Of a stretch of DNA of 64,000 nt, positions 39,701 through 53,000 are shown one piece after another (positions within the stretch are counted from its first letter, which is position 1; each line of letters starts with the position of its first letter). The stretch is taken from contig CM022671.1 in the NCBI GenBank assembly GCA_012295275.1, positions 744,001-808,000 of the forward strand, in the 5' to 3' direction. Source of the DNA: Chrysomallon squamiferum (lineage: Eukaryota; Animalia; Mollusca). Both the position numbers and the translations under genes were made by a program. A model generated the notes under the pieces. The model was not told the origin of the DNA, ran no database searches, and saw only the letters and a program-made list of their open reading frames with translations.

Positions 39701-42700
39701 TTGTTTAGTGTTATTAAAATACCATGTGTGCCATTGTAGCCATCTGATTGATGTTGGAAACCATGGCAACAGTGATGCAGATAGAGCTATTTCTGTCGAT
39801 ACTTGATTGCCATCAATTGGCAGGAAATAATTACCGCAAGAAAACACCCAATTGAAATTGTCAGCCTACGACTTAACATAATAAATCCACTGACGCAGCC
39901 TCACCCTTGGTTTATTCATGTCACCTGGACTGATTCATTCTCGTCAGTGCAGCCCCAGGTGGTTGTAAAACATCTTTCCACGGTGTAACTTCACAGTCAC
40001 ATCAGACTGCACTCCGCCACCATCTTGTCTCTGCACCTAGTTGTAGCCTAAGCAGTGGATGTTGACTTTAAAAACAAAAAATCAATTTTACTTCCCCTCC
40101 CTAGCCTTGCCATCTCCCCTGTCAGTGAGTTTAGTGTGTGATCAATATCTGTCAGCCTCCATTCATTCACATGAGATGTCAGGCTTATGGACAGCATGGC
40201 TTCAGTGTGTTTATTTATTTTTTTTACTTGTAAACCAGGATGTCTAAGGAAAAATCATTATTAACAGTTTTTTTTGTTTGTTTTTTTTCGTTCAAGAAGA
40301 TGTGAGAAAAAAGTTGTCTGATTGGATGTTAAGAAATTGATTTCGGTTTCTGCCGTAGATTGAAAAGAAAATTGGATGTTTTTTAATGTGTGTGTTGAGA
40401 CACAGAATAATGTATTGCTTGTTTTGTGGTTCTTTTGGTGATTAATTTGTGACCAGCCATCACAACGAAGAAGATTGCAACGAGGATTCTGGTTTGTTCA
40501 TATTTCTACTACAAACTTCAGATCCACACAGTATCAGGTCACACATTTTGTTACTCCTCTCGTCAATGCAAAGGGAGAGTATCAGAGTTGATTTAAAACA
40601 TTTTGTTACTTTCTTCTTTACCCTCTTGAAATAATTACTATAGAATCACAATAGAATAGATTGTTCCAAATCTACTGAAAGGAGATAATTTTGTTAAAAA
40701 ATTATTCTTAGAAACAGTACATTGATTCAAGGTTTATTTAAAAGTGAAATTCTGAGAATCATTTACTGCATTTCTGCTGGACACAACGTTGGAAGTTTGG
40801 ATTTTTGTCTTGTGATGTTGCTTCTAGCATGAAACTGGACAACATGTTTGGTTTTTTAAATAAGAACTTTGTTACCAATAGCAACTCTGGTATGTGCCAA
40901 GATGCAGCTGGAGCCAAAAAGAAAGGTGATTAATAATTTTTATTATGTATAAATAATAATTTTTTTTATTAGAATATTTTTTATTGTCTTGTTGTTGTTT
41001 GTTATTATTTAACAATTATTTAAGGAAACATGTTAATGTTAAAAAACTACATACTTATTTATATATATGCATTTTAAATGACATTTAGTATCTTTTTAAT
41101 AATATGTTTAGATACAAACTCAAGTAGGACATTGAATAGGAATGATAAATGAAAATTGATTTTCAAATGGATGCTACAGCACAATATATTTTATATTGTT
41201 TAAAAAACTTAGTCATTACCAGCCAAAACCAACACAATCACATTAAAAACAACACAAAGACACATAAAGAACAACACAATCACATTAAAAACAACACAAA
41301 GACACATAAAGAACAACATTATTATTTGCACACAAGAGCAGCCTCATATTTGTGTAAAGAGAAATGCACCATTTATGATTTATTGACTATCTAATAAGTT
41401 TTAAGATTTAAAATGATTACTTTGGGTAAAACATTAATGAATAAATAAAGTTATATATCACTCCTACTATATACAGTATTATTTATATTTACTGACTAGC
41501 AATAACATTTCATGCAGCTTTTTGTAGATGTGTATCAATTACTGCCCAAAGGGAATTACATAATATGATGAATGGGGCCACTGGACATTATGTTACAGTT
41601 AAATATAATCCTGATTTTTATATACATAAATATTAACTCATAGTGTATGTAAATAATAAAACAGTATTGTAGTAATTATTGTCTGATCTTCTGCAGAAAC
41701 ATTTTAATTTATTAATATTGTTATTTAGCTTGTGAAGGTTAGAATTAATCACTCCAGAGGTTACATGTAAACATGTATTCAGATATTGAGAATATTTAAT
41801 TTTACAACAGTAAATGTCTCTTTCAGAACTTTAAAAGTCACGAAAATGTTTTTTAAAACATTATTTTTGTATTTCAGAGTTTAGAAATGGCAGTATAATA
41901 AACCAATATAAAATAACAATAACTACAATAGCAATAGCGTTTTAAAAAGAATAAGGTTGATAATAGCAGTAATAATAACAATTGTCATTATCTGATGTCG
42001 TTTGTTAATAATAAATGAAAACACAAGCTGTGAAAGTAGTAGATGTAAGAGTGTGGGTGTGAAGTCAGGAATACAGGTTTGTAAGACTGGAACATACAGT
42101 GACTATCTTAGTGAGTGTGTGGTTGTAAAGGCAGGAATACAGGTTTGTAAGACTGGAACATACAGTGACTGTATCTTAGTGGGTATGAAGTCAGGAATAC
42201 AGGTTTGTAAGACTGGAACATACAGTGACTGTATCTTAGTGAGTGTGTGGGTGTGAAGTCAGGAATACAGGTTTGTAAGACTGGAACATACAGTGACTGT
42301 ATCTTAGTGAGTGTGTGGTTGTAAAGGCAGGAATACAGGTTTGTAAGACTGGAACATACAGTGACTGTATCTTAGTGAGTGTGTGGGTGTGAAGTCAGGA
42401 ATACAGGTTTGTAAGACTGGAACATACAGTGACTGTATCTTAGTGAGTGTGTGTGAAGTCAGGAATACAGGTTTGTAAGACAGGAATACAGGTTTGTATC
42501 TTAGACTGGAACATACAGTGACTGGAACATACAGTGACTGTATCTTAGTGAGTGTGAAGTCAGGAATACAGGTTTGTAAGACTGGAACATACAGTGACTG
42601 TATCTTAGTGGGTGTGTGGTTGTAAAGGCAGGAATACAGGTTTGTAAGACTGGAACATACAGTGACTGTATCTTAGTGGGTGTGTGGTTGTAAAGTCAGG

Positions 42701-45700
42701 AATACAGGTTTGTAAGACTGGAACATACAGTGACTGTATCTTAGTGGGTGTGAAGTCAGGAATACAGGTTTGTAAGACTGGAACATACAGTGACTGTATC
42801 TTAGTGAGTGTGTGGGAATTTTGTAAAGGAACAGGAATACAGGTTTGTAAGACTGGAACATACAGTGACTGTATCTTAGTGAGTGTGTGGTTGTAAAGGC
42901 AGGAATACAGGTTTGTAAGACTGGAACATACAGTGACTGTATCTTAGTGGTTGTGTGAAGGCAGGAATACAGGTTTGTAAGACTGGAACATACAGTGACT
43001 GTATCTTAGTGAGTGTGTGGGTGTAAAGGCAGGAATACAGGTTTGTAAGACTGGAACATACAGTGACTGTATCTTAGTGAGTGTGTGTGGGTTTGTAAAG
43101 GCAGGAATACAGGTTTGTTTACAGGTTTGTAAGACTGGAACATACAGTGACTGTATCTTAGTGGGTGTGAAGTCAGGAATACAGGTTTGTAAGACTGGAA
43201 CATACAGTGACTGTATCTTAGTGAGTGTGTGGTTGTGAAGTCAGGAATACAGGTTTGTAAGACTGGAACATACAGTGACTGTATCTTAGTGACTGTGTGA
43301 AGTCAGGAATACAGGTTTGTAAGACTGGAACATACAGTGACTGTATCTTAGTGAGTGTGTGGTTGTAAAGGCAGGAATACAGGTTTGTAAGACTGGAACA
43401 TACAGTGACTGTATCTTAGTGAGTGTGTGGGTGTGAAGTCAGGAATACAGGTTTGTAAGACTGGAACATACAGTGACTGTATCTTAGTGAGTGTGTGGGT
43501 GTGAAGTCAGGAATACAGGTTTGTAAGACTGGAACATACAGTGACTGTATCTTAGTGGGTGTGAAGTCAGGAATACAGGTTTGTAAGACTGGAACATACA
43601 GTGACTGTATCTTAGTGGGTGTGTAAAGGCAGGAATACAGGTTTGTAAGACTGGAACATACAGTGACTGTATCTTAGTGAGTGTGTGGGTGTGAAGTCAG
43701 GAATACAGGTTTGTAAGACTGGAACATACAGTGACTGTATCTTAGTGGTTGTAAAGGCAGGAATACAGGTTTGTAAGACTGGAACATACAGTGACTGTAT
43801 CTTAGTGAGTGTGTGGTTGTAAAGGCAGGAATACAGGTTTGTAAGACTGGAACATACAGTGACTGTATCTTAGTGAGTGTGTGGTTGTAAAGGCAGGAAT
43901 ACAGGTTTGTAAGACTGGAACATAGAGTGACTGTATCTTAGTGAGTGTGTGGGTGTAAAGGCAGGAATACAGGTTTGTAAGACTGGAACATACAGTGACT
44001 GTATCTTAGTGGGTGTGTGGTTGTAAAGTCAGGAATACAGGTTTGTAAGACTGGAACATAGTGACTGTATCTTAGTGAGTGTGTGGTTGTAAAGGCAGGA
44101 ATACAGGTTTGTAAGACTGGAACATACAGTGACTGTATCTTAGTGGGTGTGTGGTTGTAAAGGCAGGAATACAGGTTTGTAAGACTGGAACATACAGTGA
44201 CTGTATCTTAGTGGGTGTGAAGTCAGGAATACAGGTTTGTAAGACTGGAACATACAGTGACTGTATCTTAGTGAGTGTGTGGTTGTAAAGGCAGGAATAC
44301 AGGTTTGTAAGACTGGAACATACAGTGACTGTATCTTAGTGAATGTGTGGTTGTAAAGTCAGGAATACAGGTTTGTAAGACTGGAACATACAGTGACTGT
44401 ATCTTAGTGAGTGTGTGTACAGGTTTGTGAAGTCAGGAATACAGGTTTGTAAGACTGGAACATACAGTGACTGTATCTTAGTGACTGTGTGAAAGTCAGG
44501 AATACAGGTTTGTAAGACTGGAACATACAGTGACTGTATCTTAGTGAGTGTGTGGTTGTAAAGGTATCTTAGGTGTGGAATACAGGTTTGTAAGACTGGA
44601 ACATAGAGTGACTGTATCTTAGTGAGTGTGTGGGTGTGAAGTCAGGAATACAGGTTTGTAAGACTGGAACATACAGTGACTGTATCTTAGTGGGTGTGTG
44701 GGTGTAAAGGCAGGAATACAGGTTTGTAAGACTGGAACATACAGTGACTGTATCTTAGTGGGTGTGAAGTCAGTAATACAGGTTTGTAAGACTGGAACAT
44801 ACAGTGACTGTATCTTAGTGAGTGTGTGGTTTTAAAGTCAGGAATACAGGTTTGTAAGACTGGAACATACAGTGACTGTATCTTAGTGAGTGTGTGGGTG
44901 TGAAGTCAGGAATACAGGTTTGTAAGACTGGAACATACAGTGACTGTATCTTAGTGAGTGTGTGGTTGTAAAGGCAGGAATACAGGTTTGTAAGACTGGA
45001 ACATACAGTGACTGTATCTTAGTGAGTGTGTGGTTGTAAAGGCAGGAATACAGGTTTGTAAGACTGGAACAGAGAGTGACTGTATCTTAGTGAGTGTGTG
45101 GTTGTAAAGGCAGGAATACAGGTTTGTAAGACTGGAACATAGGTCTAAGATACAGTCACTCTGTCTTCTAACTATAGCAACAGGAGATGAATATTTACAA
45201 ATTTTATCTCTTTTCTTTAAATCTGTAACTCACAGTGTGTTCTTCTTACAGTCATCTCTCCTTTCTCTAAATTTCTAAAACTCACTATCTTCAACTTACA
45301 ATCCGGACTTTTCCCTCTAAATCTTCAGTTTACAATCCTGTCTCATTTCTCTGTGTGTCATCGTCATATAATTCTGTCTCTAATCTCTCCCATTTTCTAA
45401 CACCCAATACTTTCAACTTACAATCCTCTGTCTTCTCTCTAACACACAATGCAATGTTTTCAGCTTACAGTCCTGTCTCATGGAATGCCTTGAATATTCT
45501 TCCAGTTTTTATGGATGTAAACAAGTTTCAAATGGTAGCAGATGGGTAATTAGGTTCAGAGCTTTTAATAACTTAACATTTTGTCTTCTTCTGATTTCTG
45601 AACTCTTGATGAACTGTTTTTCAATGAACTGTAACTTTATCTGATCAAAATATTCAGAATCAATGCAGAAGAAAAAACAGATATTTTTAAAACAATCCTA

Positions 45701-46984
45701 CACTTCCCATTTATCAGTGTTTTACCTTGAACCAATGGCCTGAAGCCTGATAGATCATGGGATCTATTCATCTTTATACAATTCTCTCTTTATCAAAAAC
45801 CTTCATCTTTTTTAAAGGATATCTCAGATAAAGGAATTAACCCAAAGTAAATTTTAAATTTATTTTTGTGTGTGGAAAATTCATGCTTTGTTACAGGTGT
45901 TTAATTATAGTGTATTTCATGGAAGAAATTTTAAATTTTATTTTATGCAGAGAAAATTCTCAGTATCATTTTATGTCAGTTATGTTACTTTCTTTAAACA
46001 AAAATTATTATTATTATTGAATGTTTAAATAACATTTAAAAAAGAAAAAGGAATAATAAGAGTAAATAAATAATAAAACAGTCTTTTATTCAAGTCAAAC
46101 TGTAAATGCACCACTTAATTCTATTTTAAATTTTTTATTTATATATTTTTTTAAAATTTGTTTATATCTAAGCTAAATGATGAAGTACTTTTTAGTGTTA
46201 TTGTATGTTGTGGAATAATTCCTTTTTATATTTTAGTAAAAGTACATTTGATATCTTTGTGTTGTTCAGTATATCATAATTATTTTAATGGATTTAATGT
46301 TATTACATTTATTTTTATTTGTTTATTTATTTATTTATTTATTTAATTATTTTCAATTATATTATTTTATTTATAAGTTCATTTATTTTGTTTACAATTT
46401 TACTTATTTACTTTATTTACAATTCATATATGTTTATTTTATTTATAATTGTATATATTTGTTTCATTTACAACATTATTTATATATTTTATTTACCGTT
46501 TCATATATTGATTTTATTTATTTAATTATTTATTTTATGTTTTATGTATAACCCAGGAATTGACACGAGGATGAAGTTCAGTATTGAACCTCCGAGCTGC
46601 CTGGGGGAAAACGCCTTTGATCAGTGGAAGGATGCAATGAGAGCCGTGGCCAGACTGCCGCTGGGAATTCCTAGCGAATTCAGAAAAAAGGTAAAAATAT
46701 AGACTGTGTTAATTAAATAATGCACTGCTCAGTGTTAATGAAATGTTTTAATGTTGCCTAATCTCTTGAAATAGTCTTTTGTTTATAAAGACTTTCCCAC
46801 AGACAGGACAGCCTGTACTAGTGTCTGTGATAAACCTGTCAAAGGACACAGACTGACATGGGAAATCATCCTGTTTGTTATATCACAGACAACTGGTCTA
46901 ACCAGTGAACTGCAGATTACTTCATTTCTATACTCGCATTGTGAGTCTACACACACAAAAATAGTTTTAATTCTTAAAATATTG

Positions 46985-47017
<33 letters not shown>

Positions 47018-47058
47018 GTAAATAAGAAACATTAAAAAAGTAGATTAATTTTTGTTGT

Positions 47059-47097
<39 letters not shown>

Positions 47098-50000
47098 GTG
47101 TGTTTGTGTGTGTGCTTATATTTCTGTGTATGTATTTGTGGATGTATTCAGGAGGGAGGTTTTTGTGTTGTTTGTTTATACACATATAATTAATAATGAA
47201 TTTACTTGCAATGATGTATAACACAACCACTTGTCAGCCAGTGTTTGAAAACTAAACAGTGGTCAGTGTTGTAAAACAACATAGCCACCCACACTCAGTG
47301 AGTGGGTGTGCATGTACAACAAGCAAGACGTCACAAACACCAGCGCTGTATTGATCTGCCAGTGTGGAGGACTCCAGGGAATCGCAGAGTTGTTAAGTCT
47401 TTTATGGTGTATGGATTTTATCTCACCTACCCAGCAAAACCTAAACGCTGACATTTAAGTAACAGTGAAAAGAAAGTGTTTTTTAATGTTAGACACAATA
47501 ATCATTAGGTTAATGTTGACAGATAGGAGGGATGGCAGTCACTGACACAGACAGAGTCAGTATTTAGGAAAACAGAAGTCTTAATGTGCTTGTTATTTCA
47601 TCTAATGAGTTTTTATATAAATAAAAAAATAATATTAAAAAGAGGATGGTGTTTATGGTTCATTCAGGAACTAGATCTGCTTATGCTAAACTCAGATATT
47701 TTTGGAAAGATGAGGTTTTAGTTTTCCTTTTCTTGTTCTTTTTTCTTTTCTTTTCTTTTTCTCGTTATTATTATTCTGACTTTTAAGTAACACTCTGTAA
47801 TGAACAGAGTGTGTAAAAACAGTATTTGTCTTATGTGAAATAATGTGTAGCAGCTGACTTTTAAACAGTTTAAGAAATAAAAACACAACATAAACATCAG
47901 TTGATTTGTGCTGTTTTTTATTTATCATTTGCAAAACTGACTTTAATGTCATCCAGAAAAATTTTATATTTAGATGAACATGCAATGTGCAGTACAAATA
48001 ACCCCAGATAAATCAACAATTGCACAGCCAAAATTTAGTTACATACGTAATTTTCAGATTTTCTTTAATTATGTTTACTAATTTAAAATCCACCTGTGAT
48101 GGAATTAACATTGAACTCCAAACAGTTTTTCTTTCTTTCTGAAAAGTGTTGGATGTTCCCACTAAATACCAGTTCAAAAGTTGTAAGGAATATTAATCAC
48201 ACTATGCCTGTATTATTACCTGTAGTAATTTATCTTTGATGTTACAGATGTAAAACAATTTACCTGTGTGCTTACTTAATTTGTTTCTGGAAGGTAATGG
48301 ATGACTCTTTTGAAATAAAATACACAGCGTATAAAGTATCAGAACATTTATTATTTTGTACCTTTCACTTCAAGACACAAGCTCTATGTTAGAGTACATT
48401 GAAGAGGTAACCATGGGTTACAAGTTCAATCCTTAAAAGAGTGATCACTGAGCAGTTTCCAAACCAAGCCTGAGTTCTGTGATTCATTTATCAAAGATGG
48501 ATGTTTTCATGTCTTTGGAAAAGTTCATGTAAAGGATTTTTTACTGTCATCAATGATATTTCCTGTAGAGTTGGTTTTCAGTAATTATTAAACAAGAAAA
48601 AACATGTAACTGAAATGACTAACATTACAAACTATGAATATTAAAATGAATTCAGATTTTTAAAAAATATTCACTGATTCACACATTTCTACAGCCATAA
48701 TATTATTTTGCTAACCGTTTAGTGGCAGAACCCATTTGCGACATATGTTCTAAGACATGGTCCTTGATCCCAGTCTCTAATCTTAAAAAAAAAACTTAAC
48801 CACAGGATGTAACTGACAGAGAGCAGGTTGGATACTGTTACTTTAATCATCAGATTAATCAGTCAAAGAAGAATATTATGTTACTAGTGACATATTACAT
48901 ATACAATCTGCAATATTAGAGTGTTCATTATTTTGAGAAGTTTTTATATAACTGAGTCAGCAAGGTTATGTTAAGTTTGTCAACATGTTTTACATATCAG
49001 AAATTATTGGCATGAATAAAAAGTTATCAGAGACTGTAGAAATCAATAATATTCCAAGAGGCTGATATAAATAGTCTGATTTAAACAGAAACTCTGAGGA
49101 TTTTTTGTAACATAAAATTATTTATTACCACATGTTTATGACTGCTGGTTATTGTAAAGCTCCACTGTTCTAATAAAATCACTTTTTATACAAACACCAA
49201 ACAGTTTTTGTAAGGAATCCATTATGTTTATAGAAACCAAAACATATTAAATATTATTTTATTATCAATAGTTTTAAAATATTTTTATTATTAATATTCT
49301 TAACTAAAAAATATAAAATGAAATTAAAAAAAGACTGTAAATATCTAAAAAATGAAGTAAAGTTGTCATTCTCTGCACTTTAAAAAGATGAGAGACACAA
49401 ATTTTTACATTTTCTGTGTTTTAACAAATAGAAAACAACAACAGTCTTTGTTCCAAACATGACAAGTTGTCAGTTTAAATTCATTAGCCTGACACTAATG
49501 TGCCTCTGTCCTGTAATCAACCTCGACAAAGTCATTTATTTTTTTCCTGATTTCTAAGACGATGTCTTCAATAAGGCTTATGTAATGGAGTTATTAAGTC
49601 TGTCTGCCTTTCTGAAATTGATTTTCCAGCTAAATGGTTATAAAATAAAAAATTCCTAAACTACTTTGGCTAAGGAAACTATTAGAGACAAGAAATCAAT
49701 AGATGGTCAATATCAGCAAGTCCTGTAATGTGCGGCAGTCAACACTTTCACTGATCATTAAATACAGTGGATGTTTAGAAAATAGTACAATTCAGAACCT
49801 TTCACTGCTTGTTAGTCTTCCTTGTTTGTGGTAAAATAAAACTTAATACGAGGTTGTCTGGACAATATGGCAATGCCCAAGACTGCCTTTTATTTTTTTA
49901 TTTTATTTTTTTAATAAACATTTGTGGGTTATGCTTTATGTGTTTTCCTATATGCAAAATTTCCCTGCTAACTGATAAAAAATTGTCCATGGATGTATCC

Positions 50001-53000
50001 TTCCTTTTTCCATGCCATTGTTATTTAATAATTCTTAATAGTGAAATGTTTATAATAGATGAAACAAATAAAAAATAAACCAACCAACAAACAATGAGAC
50101 AAAATAAAATAATTAAAGAAACTTAAAAAAAAGAAGAAGACATTAGGAATAAATAAACAACAACATGTAATAGCTTCATCACAGTACAGAAAAAGAACAT
50201 TAACTTTGTAGTATCCATCCATTATGTTTCCAAATGACATGAATAAAATATAAGTCAGTTATTTCTGTGTAATGAGTTCTGTCCTTTCACATTTGTGTTA
50301 ACAATTCAGACTTTAATTACCTGTCAGTCCCTTTCTTGCATTGTCTGATTCAATCATACACTAGCATTGTCTGGTGCAGTGTGACATTGTCTGGTACTTT
50401 CAGACATTGTCTGACACTAGCTGACAGTGTCTGACACTAGCTGACAGTGTCTGACACTAGCTGATAGTGTCTGACACTAGCTGACAGTGTCTGGTATTGT
50501 GTGGCACTGGTTGAAGGTGTTTGGTTTTATCATAGTATCTAACAGACACCAACACTGATATTATCAAACACACCTTCTAGAACAAATTCACTAACACTGT
50601 CTGATACTGTGTAGCATCATTTAACAGTCTAATCCTCTGTTAAACAGCCCGACACTTTCTTATATACAAAACTGTGAGGAAAGGGCTGGACAGAAATAAA
50701 CAAATAAGGAAAATATTTGAATTTTGTCCATTCATCCATTCACAGGCCACATGTATTTGATTTTCAGGTTTGGCTCAGTCTTGCTGACAATCACATATCG
50801 GAGCTGAAGGTAGATTGGGAGAAAACTGTCCGCTTCACTTTCAATGAACGGAGCAACCCAGATGACGACAAACTTGGACTTCAGATTGTGAAGGTAAAAT
50901 TTCATTCATCCCGCAGAACACTTTAATCTGACCCTGCTAAATACTTAAATGATATTTTTAAATTTTTTTATACTTAAATTGATTTGTCATTATGAATCAG
51001 TATTTTTTAACAAAATAAATATAAGAAGCTCATAAGATTTTATAGAGATTGCTGTTTCTTATACCTTCAACAATTTCATTTTTAAAAAGATACAAAAGAA
51101 TATTTGACAGACCAAAGATTAAGGAACTTTTCAATTATTTACTAAGTACTTCAGGTATTTTCCTTTTTTTTAATTTGAAATGTCACTGAGAAAGATAAGA
51201 TGGTAGCCTTTATGATTTCTATGTTTTTAAAAATATTTTATTAATATATTTTATTATTAATATAGAAATCAGTAATTATTACTCTAAAGAGAGATTGTTT
51301 GCAGGATTTAAATGCCCATAATTTGGGATACGTGTTATATACAAGTGTATATTATACAGGAATAAATACAGCAATTCTGAACCATTATTATATTAAAAAT
51401 ATCTGTATTCCACTGTTTAAATATTGATGTATTAAACAACAAGATATTATTTAATCAAAGTTACTACACATTTATGTAAAGCTAATGTTTTTCTGAACTG
51501 GTTTTAAAAAAAGACAACAATTGTTTAGGTATGTAAATACCATTGTGTATTGCTTAAATATAATTAATCTGTATGAAATATGTTTTATTATTTTACATAC
51601 CAAATATATGCCTTAAAATAATTTATGTATTTTTATAGATTAAATAGAAAGTTTTCACTTTATAATAAACTAAATATGTTATTTAAAATAAATTATATAT
51701 TTTGATTGATTAAATTTGTTCTTCCACGTAATTTATATAATCTTATACATTAAATATAAGGTTAATACTTTAGAATAATTTATAATTATATTAAAATATT
51801 TTGACATTCAAGAATGGACAACACTAAACAATATCACAAAATTTAATTATTGCCATCAAAGGCAGATAACTCTAGAATAACTGAATAACTTTAAAGACCA
51901 AAATGTATAGTTTTATTACTGAATAACTTAATATCCTAAATAACTTTAAAGACTAAATGTATATTTTTATTGCTGAATAACTTAATAACTGTTAATACAG
52001 ATATATTTTGACATTATAATTGACTAAATAGTATGATATCTTTGTGTGAGTATGGACACACAAGAACATCCTCACATCCACACACAAAAAGTCAGGTAAT
52101 TATGAGTTAAAGGTTTCTTGCTAATTTCAGGATCTTCATCGAACAGGCTGCACTAATTTCAGTGGACATGACAATGACGAGGAACGTGCTGTCCTGAAGC
52201 GGGTGCTGTTGGCGTATGCGAGATGGAACAAGCGGGTTGGTTACTGTCAGGGGTTTAACGTCATAGCGGCACTGCTGCTTGACGTCATGAACCGCAAAGA
52301 AGACGATGCACTCAAGGTAAAATATTTCTTCTTCTTCTTCTTCTTTTTTAAATTTATATATTAAATTATTTATTTTATTTTGCTACTGTTTTATTTTATT
52401 ATTATTTTTTTTTATTTAGCTTATTCATTTAAGTGATAAATATTTAAATTATTAACATTATTATTATTCCAGCAGTTCATTTTTTATAAATATGTTTGGC
52501 TATTATTTTATCTTTTCCCTTTATTTGATGTAATATTGGCAATTAGACTGGTAACTTTATTTAATACATCCATTTTTGTTTCTTTTCTCATAGCTTATAT
52601 TAATGATTAATAATGAAATAGAACATTATTCATTTTGATCTAAAATTTTAATCAGTTAAGAAAAAAAGCATTTGTTGTCATGTAATAAATAATAATAATA
52701 AAACATATCAGTGTATAATTCATATTTCATTCCAAATGTCTTTTTAAAAATTAAAATATAGTCATAGTCTAATCAGTCATGTTGAAGTCCAACATTAAAA
52801 AAAAATATTTAAAAAATGATACATTCATCTAAAATGAAAATTAATTTTTTTAAAAATTGTGATAATTTGTAAACTTTTCAGCTGTATTAAGTTTATTTGT
52901 TTTTGTTAATAATTTGTATTTGAAATCCTTTTCACAAAATACATTACAGATGATGATAGTCACGTTTAAAAGATGTAAATTATTATTTCATACATTTAAA

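Noticed and set aside
42049-45140. CRISPR-like appearance (constant palindromic repeat plus variable linker)
   Set aside because: The linkers are short, mutually related GT-rich variants rather than unique spacers, there are no cas genes, and the array is in a eukaryotic intron.
51328-51372. Possible degenerate Tc1/mariner-type right end (...gtatattatacaggaataaatacag)
   Set aside because: I found no matching left inverted repeat or TA duplication.
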